NCBI GenBank assembly: GCA_030141605.1
Contig: JAQGDQ010000168.1
Location: 372,001-436,000, forward strand
Direction of reading: 5' to 3'
Length of the DNA stretch: 64,000 nt
Origin: Tubiluchus corallicola
Taxonomy: Eukaryota; Animalia; Priapulida
How positions within the stretch are numbered: position 1 is the stretch's first letter; the number at the start of each line of letters is the position of its first letter. The position numbers were made by a program, and so were the translations under genes. Shown one piece after another: positions 52,775-64,000 of this stretch. The notes beneath the pieces are model-generated. The model saw only the letters and a program-made list of their open reading frames with translations. It was not told the DNA's origin and did no database searches.

Positions 52775-53636
52775 AAAGATGCTGTTGTTACTGGCTCAAC
52801 TAATGGGATTGGATACAGCATTGCTCGTCGACTAGCACAAAATGTGCCGGTGTTATAATCTGTAGCCGATCAAAAGAGCACGCAAACAAATCTGTAAAAA
52901 CTCTACTAGACGAAGGGCTGCATGTCAATGGAACCGTGTACCACTCTCCCCACATTCTTATTGTTTTACAGCTTTTTTCAATGTATATTTTGATGAATGT
53001 AAAATAAAATAATTAAATGAAATGTTTTTGAGAAGAACGATTTGAAACCATTGATTGTTCGAACGAAGGAAATATTTGGAGGCATAGACATTTTCGTCTC
53101 AAATGTTGGAGGAATTGCGCGAGAGGTTCCGGGCACGTCCAGTCCGATAATGGAGACAACAGAGGAAGGTTGGGATACCATGTGTTAGTGGAACTGGAGT
53201 CGGGGGTTTTCATAGCTGAAGAAGATGCTGCCAACATGGAAGCTGGAGGTGGTGGCAGTATCTTTTGTCATCGCTGGTACAGCGGCATATCTTGCTTGCT
53301 GCGGTTGCGAACGCTTCCCTGGAATTCGCTTGCTGTGGGTGACGAAGTCTGCCACTCTAGGGTCGTTTCAAACGATGGAACCTCAGTGTGCTGAGAAGGG
53401 GATTCGAGTAAATGCAGTCACATCCGGGCTGGTTCGTACCACTTTGGCAGACAAAATACTACGCATTCTGCCACAATCATTTGACAGTTATGTGAATAAA
53501 TGACCAATGTCCAATGAAACGTATGGGTGAACAAGAGGAGACAGTAGGAATGATTTCGTTTCTCTGTTCGTGCGATGCTAGTTATATAACTGGACAAACT
53601 GCGACAATATGTGGCGGCTTCTCTACTAGACCGTAA
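52775..53636 (+). pseudogene. DHRS4: DHRS4-like short-chain dehydrogenase/reductase pseudogene
   Basis: Frame-shifted pieces: KDAVVTGSTNGIGYSIARRLAQN / VIICSRSKEHANKSVKTLLDEGLHVNGTV / FGGIDIFVSNVGG / METTEEGWD / PGIRLLWVTKSATLG (catalytic Tyr of YxxxK absent) / AEKGIRVNAVTSGLVRT / SYITGQTATICGGFSTRP*. There are several frameshifts and stops and an AT-rich insertion at about 52943-53018. Confidence 0.82.
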
Positions 53637-54465
53637 CAATATTTTAATTGCCAGTGGAAGTACTGCAGAAGATGGGATCACGTAAATTATGGATATCCTT
53701 AACTCTCGCCAGTGCAATGCTGACTCTTTTCATTCAAATTCTTGGGTAGCATACCCAAATTCAGAATCTGCTGAAGGAATATAAAATGGCAACCTCACAT
53801 TTCTTGTTATAGGCAGTCAAGTTTTTGTGTAAATCTGTGTAAACAAGTCTAGCAGATAAAAAATGGGTCAGCTTTTATTTCTTGATTATTGAAATGACTT
53901 GTCTTTGACTGAGTTTTAAAAAACAGTGTTGATATGAAACTATTACTCGACAAAAACAAAAGCCCCAGCGGCATTATAATTTATAAAATTAAGGAATGTT
54001 TTTTGAACTTTTCAATTGAGACGCCCTCTATTTGCAAACCTGGGGAGCCTAGAAGAAAGAAATTAGTGTTATCATAAAGTATCATTAAAGTTCGTAAATA
54101 AACTATCGAAGTAATAATCTGCCAGTAATCAAATCAATGAGGTTTTAAGAAAAAGGATTAATGGGAAAATGTCGCGATTTTTCATATAAATAATCAAATT
54201 CCCATTCTGCCTTCAGAGCAAATAGAAACACAAGAACCTCCATATCAGTAAACACTGGACTGCTATTATGATTCACAAGCCATGCACAGTATGAATTCCC
54301 AAAAAAGAATGCACAGGCCTTGAAAACGCTTAAACAGTACAGTTGCAGATATGGGTACTTAAATTTTAAGAACCCCAGAAACAAATTCAAAAAATTAAGC
54401 GAAATTTTAACAAAATCGTGTACATGTGATATTTGTTCTTATATGTGCGCTAAATATAATACACG

Positions 54466-54531
54466 TACACACGCACGCACGCACGCACACACACACAGAC
54501 ACACGCACTCACACACACACAGACACACGCA

Positions 54532-54564
<33 letters not shown>
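54466..54564. repeat. (CA)n/(CACG)n microsatellite
   Basis: Directly visible in the sequence. Confidence 0.95.
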
Positions 54565-54566
<2 letters not shown>

Positions 54567-54811
54567 CAGTCTTTACTATTCCATAATAGTATAACACAAA
54601 CCAACTCTTGGTAACTCTGACAACCCCGACTATGTGGAATGGAGACAATCCTTGCATGTTACGAAATATTAACAATTAGATCGATCCTTTTTAGATTGCC
54701 TTATGGAAGTTAAATGTCTGAAAAAAATACTAATAATTGTTTAAGAAATGTAGCCAATAAACTGGCTATTTAATTTTTCTAAAAATTCTATTCGGTTTTT
54801 GCATAAGTTTC

Positions 54812-56008
54812 TCCCAGTATTTATTTTGCCTATATATAAACAACATATCCAGTGTATTAAAACACTCACAAATAACGCAATACGCTGATGACACTACAAT
54901 CTACATAGCCCATGAAAATGTCCAAACTGCAAAAAATTATTTAGAAGAAGATATAAAAAATATAAATATGGCATTTAGTCATTACAAGCTAAAAATGAAT
55001 AATGACAAAACAGAATTCATGATACTGTCACCCTCATTAAATACTAATGATGCATCATCAACCACTTTGACAATAGATAATGCTGTAATCAAACAAACTA
55101 ACAATGTTAAATTCCTGGGCATACAAGTAGACAATAATCTTTCATGGGATGATCACTTTAATAACATATACACAAAAATGGCATCTAGCACATCATATCT
55201 CCGACAAGTTAAAGGGCAACTAACAAAGGAAACTAAAACACTAATATATAAAACTTTAGTTCTACCACACTTCTTATATGGATGTACGCTACTTCAAAAA
55301 ACCAAAAGAGAAAATTACTTAAAATTAAATCTCCTTCAAAACCATGCGTTGAGATTGATAGCTGGGTACTCATACAAACACAAGGCAGGTAGACAAAAAT
55401 TCAAAGCTTCAACAACTAACCTGAGAAAAACTTTAAAATTCCCAATCATTGAAGCACACAAAGAATATTTTACTCTGCTTTTTATATTTAAATACATTAA
55501 CAACATCAGCAAACCATTCCAAAATAACAGATTTACCTTTTTTCCAAATCCTATCATTAATTCCAGAACATGCAATCTAAAACAAATTAGGACAAATACC
55601 CACTATGGAACGAACTCTGTAATCAAACAAGCAATTTTACTTTGGAATTCTCTACCATTACAGGTTAAACAAATCAAGTCCCTATCAGCGTTTAAAACAA
55701 AATTAAAATCACTAATATTAACCAGATATGAAATACCATCACACCAGTACGACAACATACACACTAATTCCGAATTCATATACCCACGGCCATATTAATT
55801 AAATCATAGTTTGTTTTTTTTTATATTTTTTTGTGTATAGTTGTAAATATGTTTGATTTTATTCATCATTACTGCACAGTAGTTTAGATTGCACTGACGC
55901 ATTTGCCTTCAGCAGTGTAAGTTTTTATTAACTAACACTGATTGATTATCTCTATAAAGTTTTTATCAGTGATTATCAATGTTTTTAATGGCAAATAAAG
56001 ATTATTAT
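54812..56008 (+). mobile_element. 5'-truncated CR1/L2-type non-LTR retrotransposon (reverse transcriptase C-terminal part plus 3' UTR)
   Basis: Open frame LFCLYINNI...QYADDTT (YADD at 54881)...NNDKTEFM...KFLGIQVDNNLSW...YKTLVLPH...LWNSLP, stop at 55798, followed by a 3' UTR with AATAAA and a simple-repeat tail. Confidence 0.9.
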
Positions 56009-56009
56009 A

Positions 56010-56190
56010 TATATATATATATATATTTTAACATTTGTGCCCTTTTTTGATGGTACAAACCTGTGTTAATTAACTTTTGATACCAAAATTAAAAGACACG
56101 GTGAAAAGGTTGGGCTAGAACCTGGATTTGATCCAGGTACCTTCTGCTTATAAGGTAAATGCCTTAGACTACAAGGCCACCATAGTGCCC
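56010..56190 (-). mobile_element. tRNA-derived SINE (or tRNA pseudogene)
   Basis: Minus strand gtggccttgtagtctaaggcatttaccttataagcagaaggtacctggatcaaatccagg has an A-box-like TGGCCTTGTAG, an imperfect anticodon arm with loop CTTATAA, and a T-arm CCTGG-ATCAAAT-CCAGG containing a B-box-like motif. A non-tRNA body follows and ends in (TA)n. The acceptor stem is poor. Confidence 0.55.
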
Positions 56191-56559
56191 TGTGGTCAAG
56201 GCAGACCAGGGTTCATCTTTTTTTAGCTGGCCCACCAAATTCACCATTTTCAATGTTAGATTGGCTCCCTCAAACTAGAATGATTCTAACTTAGATTATA
56301 TTTTTATGCTTTTATTGATGTTGAGAGAATTTTTCTTGGAGAGTATTATTAATGATGGTACAAACCCATTGGTCTTCCACTTTTTTATTCACCACAGTAT
56401 TTAGCAATATACTGTGGATAAAGGTGATCTGTGAAAGTTGTGACATGTGGAATTGTTAACGCTTTCACTTCCTGGACATCACACACTAAATTTTGATTTA
56501 AAGGTACTATTCCAGTGGTGAGCGAAGGTAATGGATTGGGAGGGACCTCACAAGTGCAA

Positions 56560-56596
56560 TAATCTAGGGCCTCTACTCGTCCAAATCCGGCCCAGT
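56560..56596 (+). mobile_element. hAT-type terminal sequence (right end)
   Basis: tagggcctc...aaatccggccc is reverse-complement-like to the terminus at 11864. Confidence 0.35.
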
Positions 56597-56699
56597 GTTG
56601 GTGTCCGACTTGTGGAAATTATCTGTAAAAGTAATAATCGTGTCTGTTTTTCATACATCTAGAGGAGAACAGCATCAGCCGATAGACAGTAATAGCCCG

Positions 56700-57050
56700 G
56701 TTTTGAATGGCTTTCAAAGAACTCTCTGCTATTTTTTGCAAAACTTCTTCTGCTCTTGAAGAACTGTGTTCTGTTTTTGAATGCTCTCTACTGTTTTGAA
56801 GAATCCTCTGCTGTTTTTGTGGAGCTCGCTACTGCTTTTGAACAATCATCTACTGTTTCTGAAAAGGTATGTGCTATTTTTGAAGAATCGTCTGCTGTTT
56901 ATGAAGAACCCTCTGCTGTTTATGACAGCTCCCTGTTATTTTTGAAGAATCCTCTGATGTTTCTGAAAAACTCTTTACTACTCTTGGAGAACCCTCTGCC
57001 GCTTTTTGGAAACTCTCTGCTGTTCTTCACCAATCTTCCGCTATTTTTGC
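56700..57050. repeat. Degenerate 21-bp minisatellite
   Basis: Recurring ctgtttttgaagaatcctctg units. Confidence 0.8.
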
Positions 57051-58375
57051 ACAAACAAGAATCTTGTACTCCTTTCTAGACAGAATTGCATGAATTAAAA
57101 CACTGAGTAAAAGTTGGTGTACTACCCCAAATATGTTGTTCACGGAAATCCCTGAAACGTGTGTAAAATGTTCTGATATGTTGCGTAATGAATTTATGAG
57201 TATTTTGCTACATTTACTAACTAGGATTTACAAAAATGCTATAGTGGCAGACGAAACCGTCCAGAAGCGGACTTCCCGGTGGTTACCCACCCAGTTCCAC
57301 TGGCCAGACTTAAGAGTTCCTGAACCTCTCGTAGCCAAGCGTGTACCGTAACAGCTCGCCACAGGGCTAAAAAATAGCTGTGGTCAGCGATCTGAGCACC
57401 TTGATCGTATCCAAGTGGGATTTTCTGTTTATAGGTCAAGGACAAAATGCAAACTGCCATGCGAATCATGATAACTCTAGGTCCCAGGTAAGCATTTGTT
57501 AAACAAATATTTTGCTGAGCCATATACATGCAGCAAAGTGCGTATGTTGCTTAACCAAGTGTTGACTACGCCAACTCGAGCGGTAACGTAGAGTAATTAG
57601 TAACAGTAACTTTATTTTGTTGTTGAGTAATATAAAATCATTTCCTACAGATTTGTTAAAGGTAAGTAGTTGTGATGTTATAAGCTATAACATTTTCTCA
57701 TTCGGTCTTAAAAGACAACCTTGCAGGTTTTCCTAAGAAAAGCCGAAAATTACTAATATCTGGTAGTAATAATTCGGGAAATATAATATAGAGGATTAAG
57801 TGGAACGTTTTGCAACACTGATAAACAGTTACCGTTTTCTATGCTAATGAATGGCGCATGCGTGACTGCTAAATATACAGTGAGCGCCTGCAAAGGCAGG
57901 TAATAGACTTGGTATTTTCGAGTTCTGCCTAGTTTTTAACAGACTTGCAATTTAAATTGAAAATTATTAATATTCATTCGTTATACGACTTTTTGCCTGC
58001 TTTTTACTTGCCTGCTAGAATTTAGTGCATCACTGTTGGAAAGTGGTAGAATATGCAAGTGCATGTACGCTCAAGGTTCAAAACTTCTAGATTTTTTAAA
58101 TTTCTTTTGCCATTGCTTAATGCCGCCGTGCAATTGGAGTTGACATATTTTACTGTCTAAGTGTCAAAACCTTTAGTTCCGGATTTATTTCTCTTAGCCC
58201 TTGTTGCTGTTCACAAGTTAACTATCCACTTACGTCACATTTCATATGCATCACAGTACATTGTCAACTTAAAATAAGTATAGCCTCAAACAATTTTAAC
58301 ATGTCAGTTATTGTATCAATTTGTTCAACATTGGTTTCCCTTGCAGGGCAGACTGAGACGCTGCATTTATTGAAA

Positions 58376-61325
58376 ATGACTGAAGAAACAAGATCACCTG
58401 AATATCAAGAAACTTTCCAAAAATGGGAAAACCTTATACTGGATTGTACCGAATCCACTGAAGTTAAATATGACAAGAATGCGGACGAATATGATAAGGT
58501 ATACCGTTTCGCAAAGCTGATTGTAGATTGCTATTGATGTTCCTTGACGTCTGCAGTTGCTGAATGAATTGTGTAAACAGTGGTGTTTGATCTCTACTAT
58601 CGTTTTCAAGTCGCTATAAAAAGTACAAGATATGTGTGAAAGCCAAAGCAGGTTTTTTTATAGTACACATTTAGAAGTAAATGACTACCTGTCCATACGA
58701 TCATTATCATCAAAAAAAATATTATTACTGTCTGGTTTTCTAAAACTCATTCTTTATCTACGTCTAACTAGCCTGAAAATTGAGAAAACTTTAATGTGCT
58801 ACTGCTAGCTGCCTTGTTGGATTACTGCATGTATAAGCATTTGTATTTATTAAAATTTAACCCTCTTGAGCATAAACATCACAGCCAACGTTTCAAGCTA
58901 TTTAATGCCTTTCAGGCCAGTAAAGACAGTGGACCTTTTCGCCCTTTTTCAGGATATGGAGATACTAGAATGGAAAGGACCGGCACTGGCAGCAGATCGT
59001 TTTGAAAAGCATTTTCCACAGCAAAATGATGTCAGGATTCTAGACATTGGGGCAGGTTCTGGGCTTGTTGCAGAACATGTGAGTTTAGTAACTGTTTTGC
59101 CTACAATCTACATCTTAGCTTTAGTCAAGTTATCAAAAATGAGTGTGTGAATTTCAATCACTCGTTTTAGAATAAAAATTATTTAATCTAGCACATCAGG
59201 TATAGTATCTCATAATTAGGTCTACTTTTTTAAAGTTAAGGAAAAAGGGTTACACCAATATGGATGCGCTTGATGTATCACAAGGTATGCTGAATAAAGC
59301 AAAAGAAAAGGGTCTATACCACAAGTACATCTGTACCATGTTTGGTTCTGAGAGAATACCAGATATTAAGACAGGTAAGACGTGAAAAAATACGTTACAC
59401 ATGTCGTCAACTTATAGGGAGAAGAAAGAGTAACATATGTCTTAATTTGTAATTTTGAGCACTTCTACTTCCATCTCATTCTTCACACATGCAAATTAAA
59501 TTACTTTTCCAACAGCAACTTCTGTAACTATTTGCCAAACAATACCATGGTTAAGAACTGGATAAAAAAGCAAGACCTTATTTTCTATTTTATTTGCAAA
59601 AATAAAGGTAGGCTTTTATTTTGTGTATTTTTGGTGACTTTTTGCAGACGATTATGATGCTATCATCTGCGTTGGAGCCATTGGATGTCATCATTTACCA
59701 GCTGACTGTCTTCTTGAAATGATTAGAATAGTAAAGCCAGGTAAATAAACTACTTTTCTTTACTTGTGATAAGCAAACGTGTCACTAAAAGATATAGCCT
59801 TGTGAAAACTGAAATAATTATTTAATTTTATTTTATAAAAATTATGTGCAATACAAAAGCCAAAATACATAAAATACACTATACAAGTCATACAGATATA
59901 AGTATAATGCAATACAGAATTAAAAATGAAAACATGAAAAGGACATCATTACCTAGGCTAAGCGAGAAATATGACATTAATACAAATTTACCCGTTAATT
60001 ACGTCCAATGTTTATTATGCATAATGTGTAAAGATATTCATGTCCATATAAAGCTTTAAATAAGTTTTATTTTATTGTGATGTCGTCTATGATAACAAGG
60101 ATTCATAATTTACTACATGTATTAACTAAAAAAATTATAAAAAAAGAAAAGATAGAAGTAAAATGAAACACTTAACAAGAGTTTATAGCTGACACTTGCG
60201 CGTTGAGTCGAAATGCAAACCAAAGGATTAAACCAAAAATTACTGAATCACTACTGACTTAATGACAGCAACCAAGGAAAGAAAACAAAATGAAACCGAA
60301 GCCGAACATGGCCCAGAACGCACTGCCCTCGAGTTTACGAGAACAGGTTACACGCGCGAGAAAATTGGCCTAGAAAACTGAGCTCTAATTGGCCGAGGCA
60401 ATTTTACACTCAGTACACTACATTTTCATGAAGCCCGTGGTCTCCGAGACGGTTTAATCCTGCGACTCACCACATTATCTTATCTTATCTTATCTTATCT
60501 TATCTTATCTTATCTTATCTTATCTTATCTTATCTTATCTTATCTTATCTTATCTTATCTTATCTTATCTTATCTTATCTTATCTTATCTTATCTTATCT
60601 TATCTTATCTTATCTTATCTTATCTTATCTTATCTTATCTTATCTTATCTTATCTTATCTTATCTTATCTTATCTTATCTTATCTTATCTTATCTTATCT
60701 TATCTTATCTTATCTTATCTTATCTTATCTTATCTTATCTTATCTTATAGGGTCAAAACAAATTTATTTGCATCCATATCGAAAGGTAATGTCATTGCAT
60801 CAACTCCTAATATACTCATTTCTAAGTAAGTTATTCTGAATTCCACTGAATCTCAGAAATCCTCTCATTCAAAATGATATTTAAATTCGCTATTGAAAAT
60901 CAGCCGCACGATACATACTGTTCATGTAAACAGTTTACCACAAGTGTCCTTAGAAACAAAACTTCCATTAATACTACAGGTTTTATCCAACTGATAGGCT
61001 TATTGTGAACTATGAAACTACTGAAATTAAGTATAAGTTGGTTGTATTACACACAGATGCATTTGTTTAATGCCCAGAAATCGAATAAGAACAGTTGTAA
61101 AGTATTTTCTTTGATTTGACAGGTGGCATCATTTTAATACTTTACTTCAGCGACCTGGAAAGGGACAACTTGGAAGCTCTCCCAGTTTTACAAGAAAAGC
61201 TTGTCAGGGCAGGTGTGTTGGAGGTGTTGAGTGATGAACGAATTGCTAACGTCTATCCCAAAGAAACAGGAATTTTGACTGTTTACAACGTGAAAGCATC
61301 TGAAATGAAGCCAGACCAAGTGTAA
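58376..61325 (+). CDS. METTL27: METTL27/WBSCR27-like class I SAM-dependent methyltransferase, 5 coding exons, 227 aa
   Basis: Exons 58376-58498, 58953-59078, 59236-59374, 59648-59740 and 61123-61325, all with GT-AG boundaries, join in frame (684 nt). Motifs: YDKNADEYDKD, ILDIGAGSG, DALDVSQGML...KGLY, YDAIICVG, EMIRIVKPGG. Confidence 0.88.
60475..60748. repeat. (TTATC)n pentanucleotide microsatellite in the last METTL27 intron
   Basis: Directly visible, about 270 bp and essentially perfect. Confidence 0.98.
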
Positions 61326-61705
61326 CACTTTCCCTAACATTTAGTGAGAAGAATTCAACACGTAAAAAATCCATTTTATTGTTACCTTCTGTTGACATAT
61401 AAAATAGGAACATGGCCTTCTAAGAAACCACTGGTGTGATCTGAAACTATGCTATAGCTTATTGCTTCTTCATCACACAACATTAAATTCTTGCTAAATT
61501 TCACAATACAAACAATTAGAAAAATAAAGTCGCAGTTGCAAATGACACTACAGTTGTGGAAGTTTTTGCTAACCACAGTTTTCAAGTAGCTTTGATATTT
61601 ATAAACGATTTTTCTTGCTGCTCATAAATACTTTGACGGATACGAGAAGATGTAAATTGCCATGACGTGTGTATAGCTGCCGAAGTTTAGTCTAGTCGGT
61701 AAGTA

Positions 61706-62531
61706 GAGGAAAGTGCCCTATAGAGCCCACTGTGCCTAAAGCGCCCACCTGCCAGTTTTACGCAAACTACAGCCAGACATGTACGCAAATTAACACAGCT
61801 TTACTTCGCATGGATTTTCTGATTGTGAACAGTGCAAAGAGGAGTGAAGGCAAAGAAAAGAGGAAGCATAGGACTCTAAAGTATTTTGCCTCTTCTTGAT
61901 CTAATTTTTGGGTGTGCTAAAAAGTGTGATAGCTAATGAACGTTTGTATATAATGGTTCGGCTTTTAGGTCGTTGGAAAGAGTTAGTAATTTACTACCCT
62001 TAACTCATTAATTCAGTTATTGTTGTTTCATTATATTTTTTAAAAAATATCTTTTACTAGCAGATGGCAATGTGCTTAAAGCGCCCACCCTTGGTGTTCC
62101 CAAAATGCACCCCGGGTGGGCTCTTTATCCACAGTTAATTAGCCCACTAATTATACGTCCATCATCAATGATTTTCAATCTATCTTCTGTTTGGATACTT
62201 CTTATTTTATTTAGACAGAGAAAATCTAATGTAACCAAATAAGAATGATGTAGGCTGAATTACCATTACTCCCAGTCTCATCGATGTTAATGTTAAACAA
62301 TTACAATGCTCTCAATTTAACTTTGTACACTAGATGAAAACATTGCTTCTTAATGAGCGGTGCCTTAAACATAATCTTAATGATACTTTGCGAATAAATA
62401 TTTATGCAATCGACAAGTTGTAAAAACACTTCAAACTTTAAGGGGTGCGCTATAGGGCATCCTATAATAAATTTTAGTAAATGGGTGAATGTTGCATGAG
62501 TTCAATATTCGCTCTATACGGCACGTTTCAC
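61706..62531. mobile_element. Non-autonomous Tc1/mariner (pogo-like) element or MITE with TA target-site duplication
   Basis: Left end GAGGAAAGTGCCCTATAGAGC versus reverse complement of the right end GTGAAACGTGCCGTATAGAGC (17 of 21 identical). TA flanks both ends. Internal repeats GTGC(C/T)TAAAGCGCCCACC occur at about 61732 and 62072, with inverted versions at about 62114 and 62441. Confidence 0.7.
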
Positions 62532-62924
62532 TATATACTATTCACTATTTACCTTGATGAAGGGTGCTTCACATATGTGACGCTCAGGCTTATTTTATGC
62601 CAGTTTATGTAACTAGTTACTAACTGTTATAATTCCACCATTAATTATTTACAATTTTTATAAAAGAAGTTTAGTTAAACTATTTAACGGTATAACGATA
62701 AAAGCCAACCTGTTCTGAAATCAGATTTCACCTGTACATTCAATGACACTGTTTATGCATTACTATTTCATGTGATTGAAACCACGTAGACGAAACTTTG
62801 GTTCGCCCAGGTATTCCGCTTTAAGTTGTCGAGTTAAGCGGACGTTCTCATGTCATAAAATGATGGTTTAGTAGTAACCGTGCTTGTTTGTAGAAAAGCG
62901 ATCTGTCTACATAGTTACGACAGA

Positions 62925-63130
62925 GATGATAGCTGCATACCAGCGATGATACTTACCTGTTGCTGATTACATTTTCCTGACGCTGATAATACATAACCTG
63001 TTAAAGACTATACTTACCAGTTGTCGGTGATGTCTGCTGCTGATGATACTTACCCATATTTACCTGATGTTGATGATACTGCCGTTGGTGCTTCCATGCT
63101 GTGATTACGAAACTGGTGATCCTTACCTTG
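62925..63130. repeat. Degenerate minisatellite, about 20 bp (gatgatacttacctgttgct)
   Basis: Recurring gatacttacc cores. Confidence 0.6.
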
Positions 63131-64000
63131 TGACGAGTACAGGAGTTCGAATGCTACTTTATTTTGGCGTCATATAAGTGGAGGCGAGGACGTCATCAGG
63201 AGTCGTCAAAGTTTGGAGACGTCGTTCACGTAATCAGATCCATGAAGAGGTAGTGTGGTCAACCGTTCTATGGTACACCATTTCTCGATGAAGCCCCCTG
63301 GTGAGGAGTCAGAGAGAGATGACGCGGAATGGGAGCAGGAGAAAAACGCCTGGTGATGCCGAGACAGGACTGATGAAAAACGTTACGTTGTTCCCTTTTT
63401 TCTTAGCCGGCTTAATCTCTATTATTAATATTTGTCTTGTAATGTATTATGAGATATTCATTAAATCGTTGTATTATTTTATTAATTCAGTGGTCTTTTC
63501 CCAGTGTTTTCGACTAAGTGTTTTATTCTTTACCTAGGGGTTGCACTTAAGTCACGAACCACATAAGTCAGCGAAAATTAGACTACATCGTCACACATCC
63601 TAACATGCTTAGGACTCCTCTACGAAGCTGTACTGTCACATTGCATGTGTTTGTTTAATGAACTTCTATTACATTAAAAACAAACAAGTACGACAAACAA
63701 ACAAGCATGACCTTTACATGTATAATGATTAATGAATGTTTAACTAACTGCATGACAGATGGCAGCACATCATAATTTGCGCAAATTTCAGCTTGTCTAA
63801 CGGGCTTCAAAGCAATACTGTCGCTGACTTGTTATTATGAATTTATGATGCTATATCTACAAGTCTATAGATACAGTAAGATACCGGAGGTAATCTATTT
63901 GCAGCTGCTTAGCATTATTTATCTAGGGACAATCGGCGCCTGTCAATAAATATTTTTGTGCATCCACTCCACAAGGATTATTCTTTTCTAAAGATTTTCT

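Noticed and set aside
56756-57079. 107-aa repetitive ORF
   Set aside because: It arises from a 21-bp minisatellite and switches repeat frame midway.
62949-62960. U1 snRNA gene
   Set aside because: Only the first 11 nt match; no U1 body or Sm site follows.

Overview
AT-rich, microsatellite-rich eukaryotic DNA, most likely from an invertebrate animal (GT-AG introns, metazoan gene families). No prokaryotic features were seen. Recognisable genes: (1) a two-exon Gremlin/DAN-family BMP antagonist (- strand, 192-1047) with a frameshift inside the cystine knot; (2) CNRIP1 (- strand, about 27 kb; first coding exon 32770-33014, last exon 5718-5882, middle exon not found); (3) a two-exon ELOVL6-like elongase nested on the same strand inside CNRIP1 (28875-30897); (4) an eclosion-hormone-like neuropeptide precursor (- strand, 39179-39502) with a non-coding first exon and a TATA/E-box/CRE promoter; (5) a kynurenine aminotransferase with an intronless CDS (50592-51857); (6) a DHRS4-like pseudogene (about 52775-53636); (7) a five-exon METTL27-like methyltransferase (58376-61325). 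The rest is transposon debris (CR1/L2 and RTE LINEs, Tc1/mariner, hAT-like, Gypsy remnants, MITEs, a tRNA-derived SINE), minisatellites and long microsatellites. All family assignments come from recognising motifs by eye; no database search was run.
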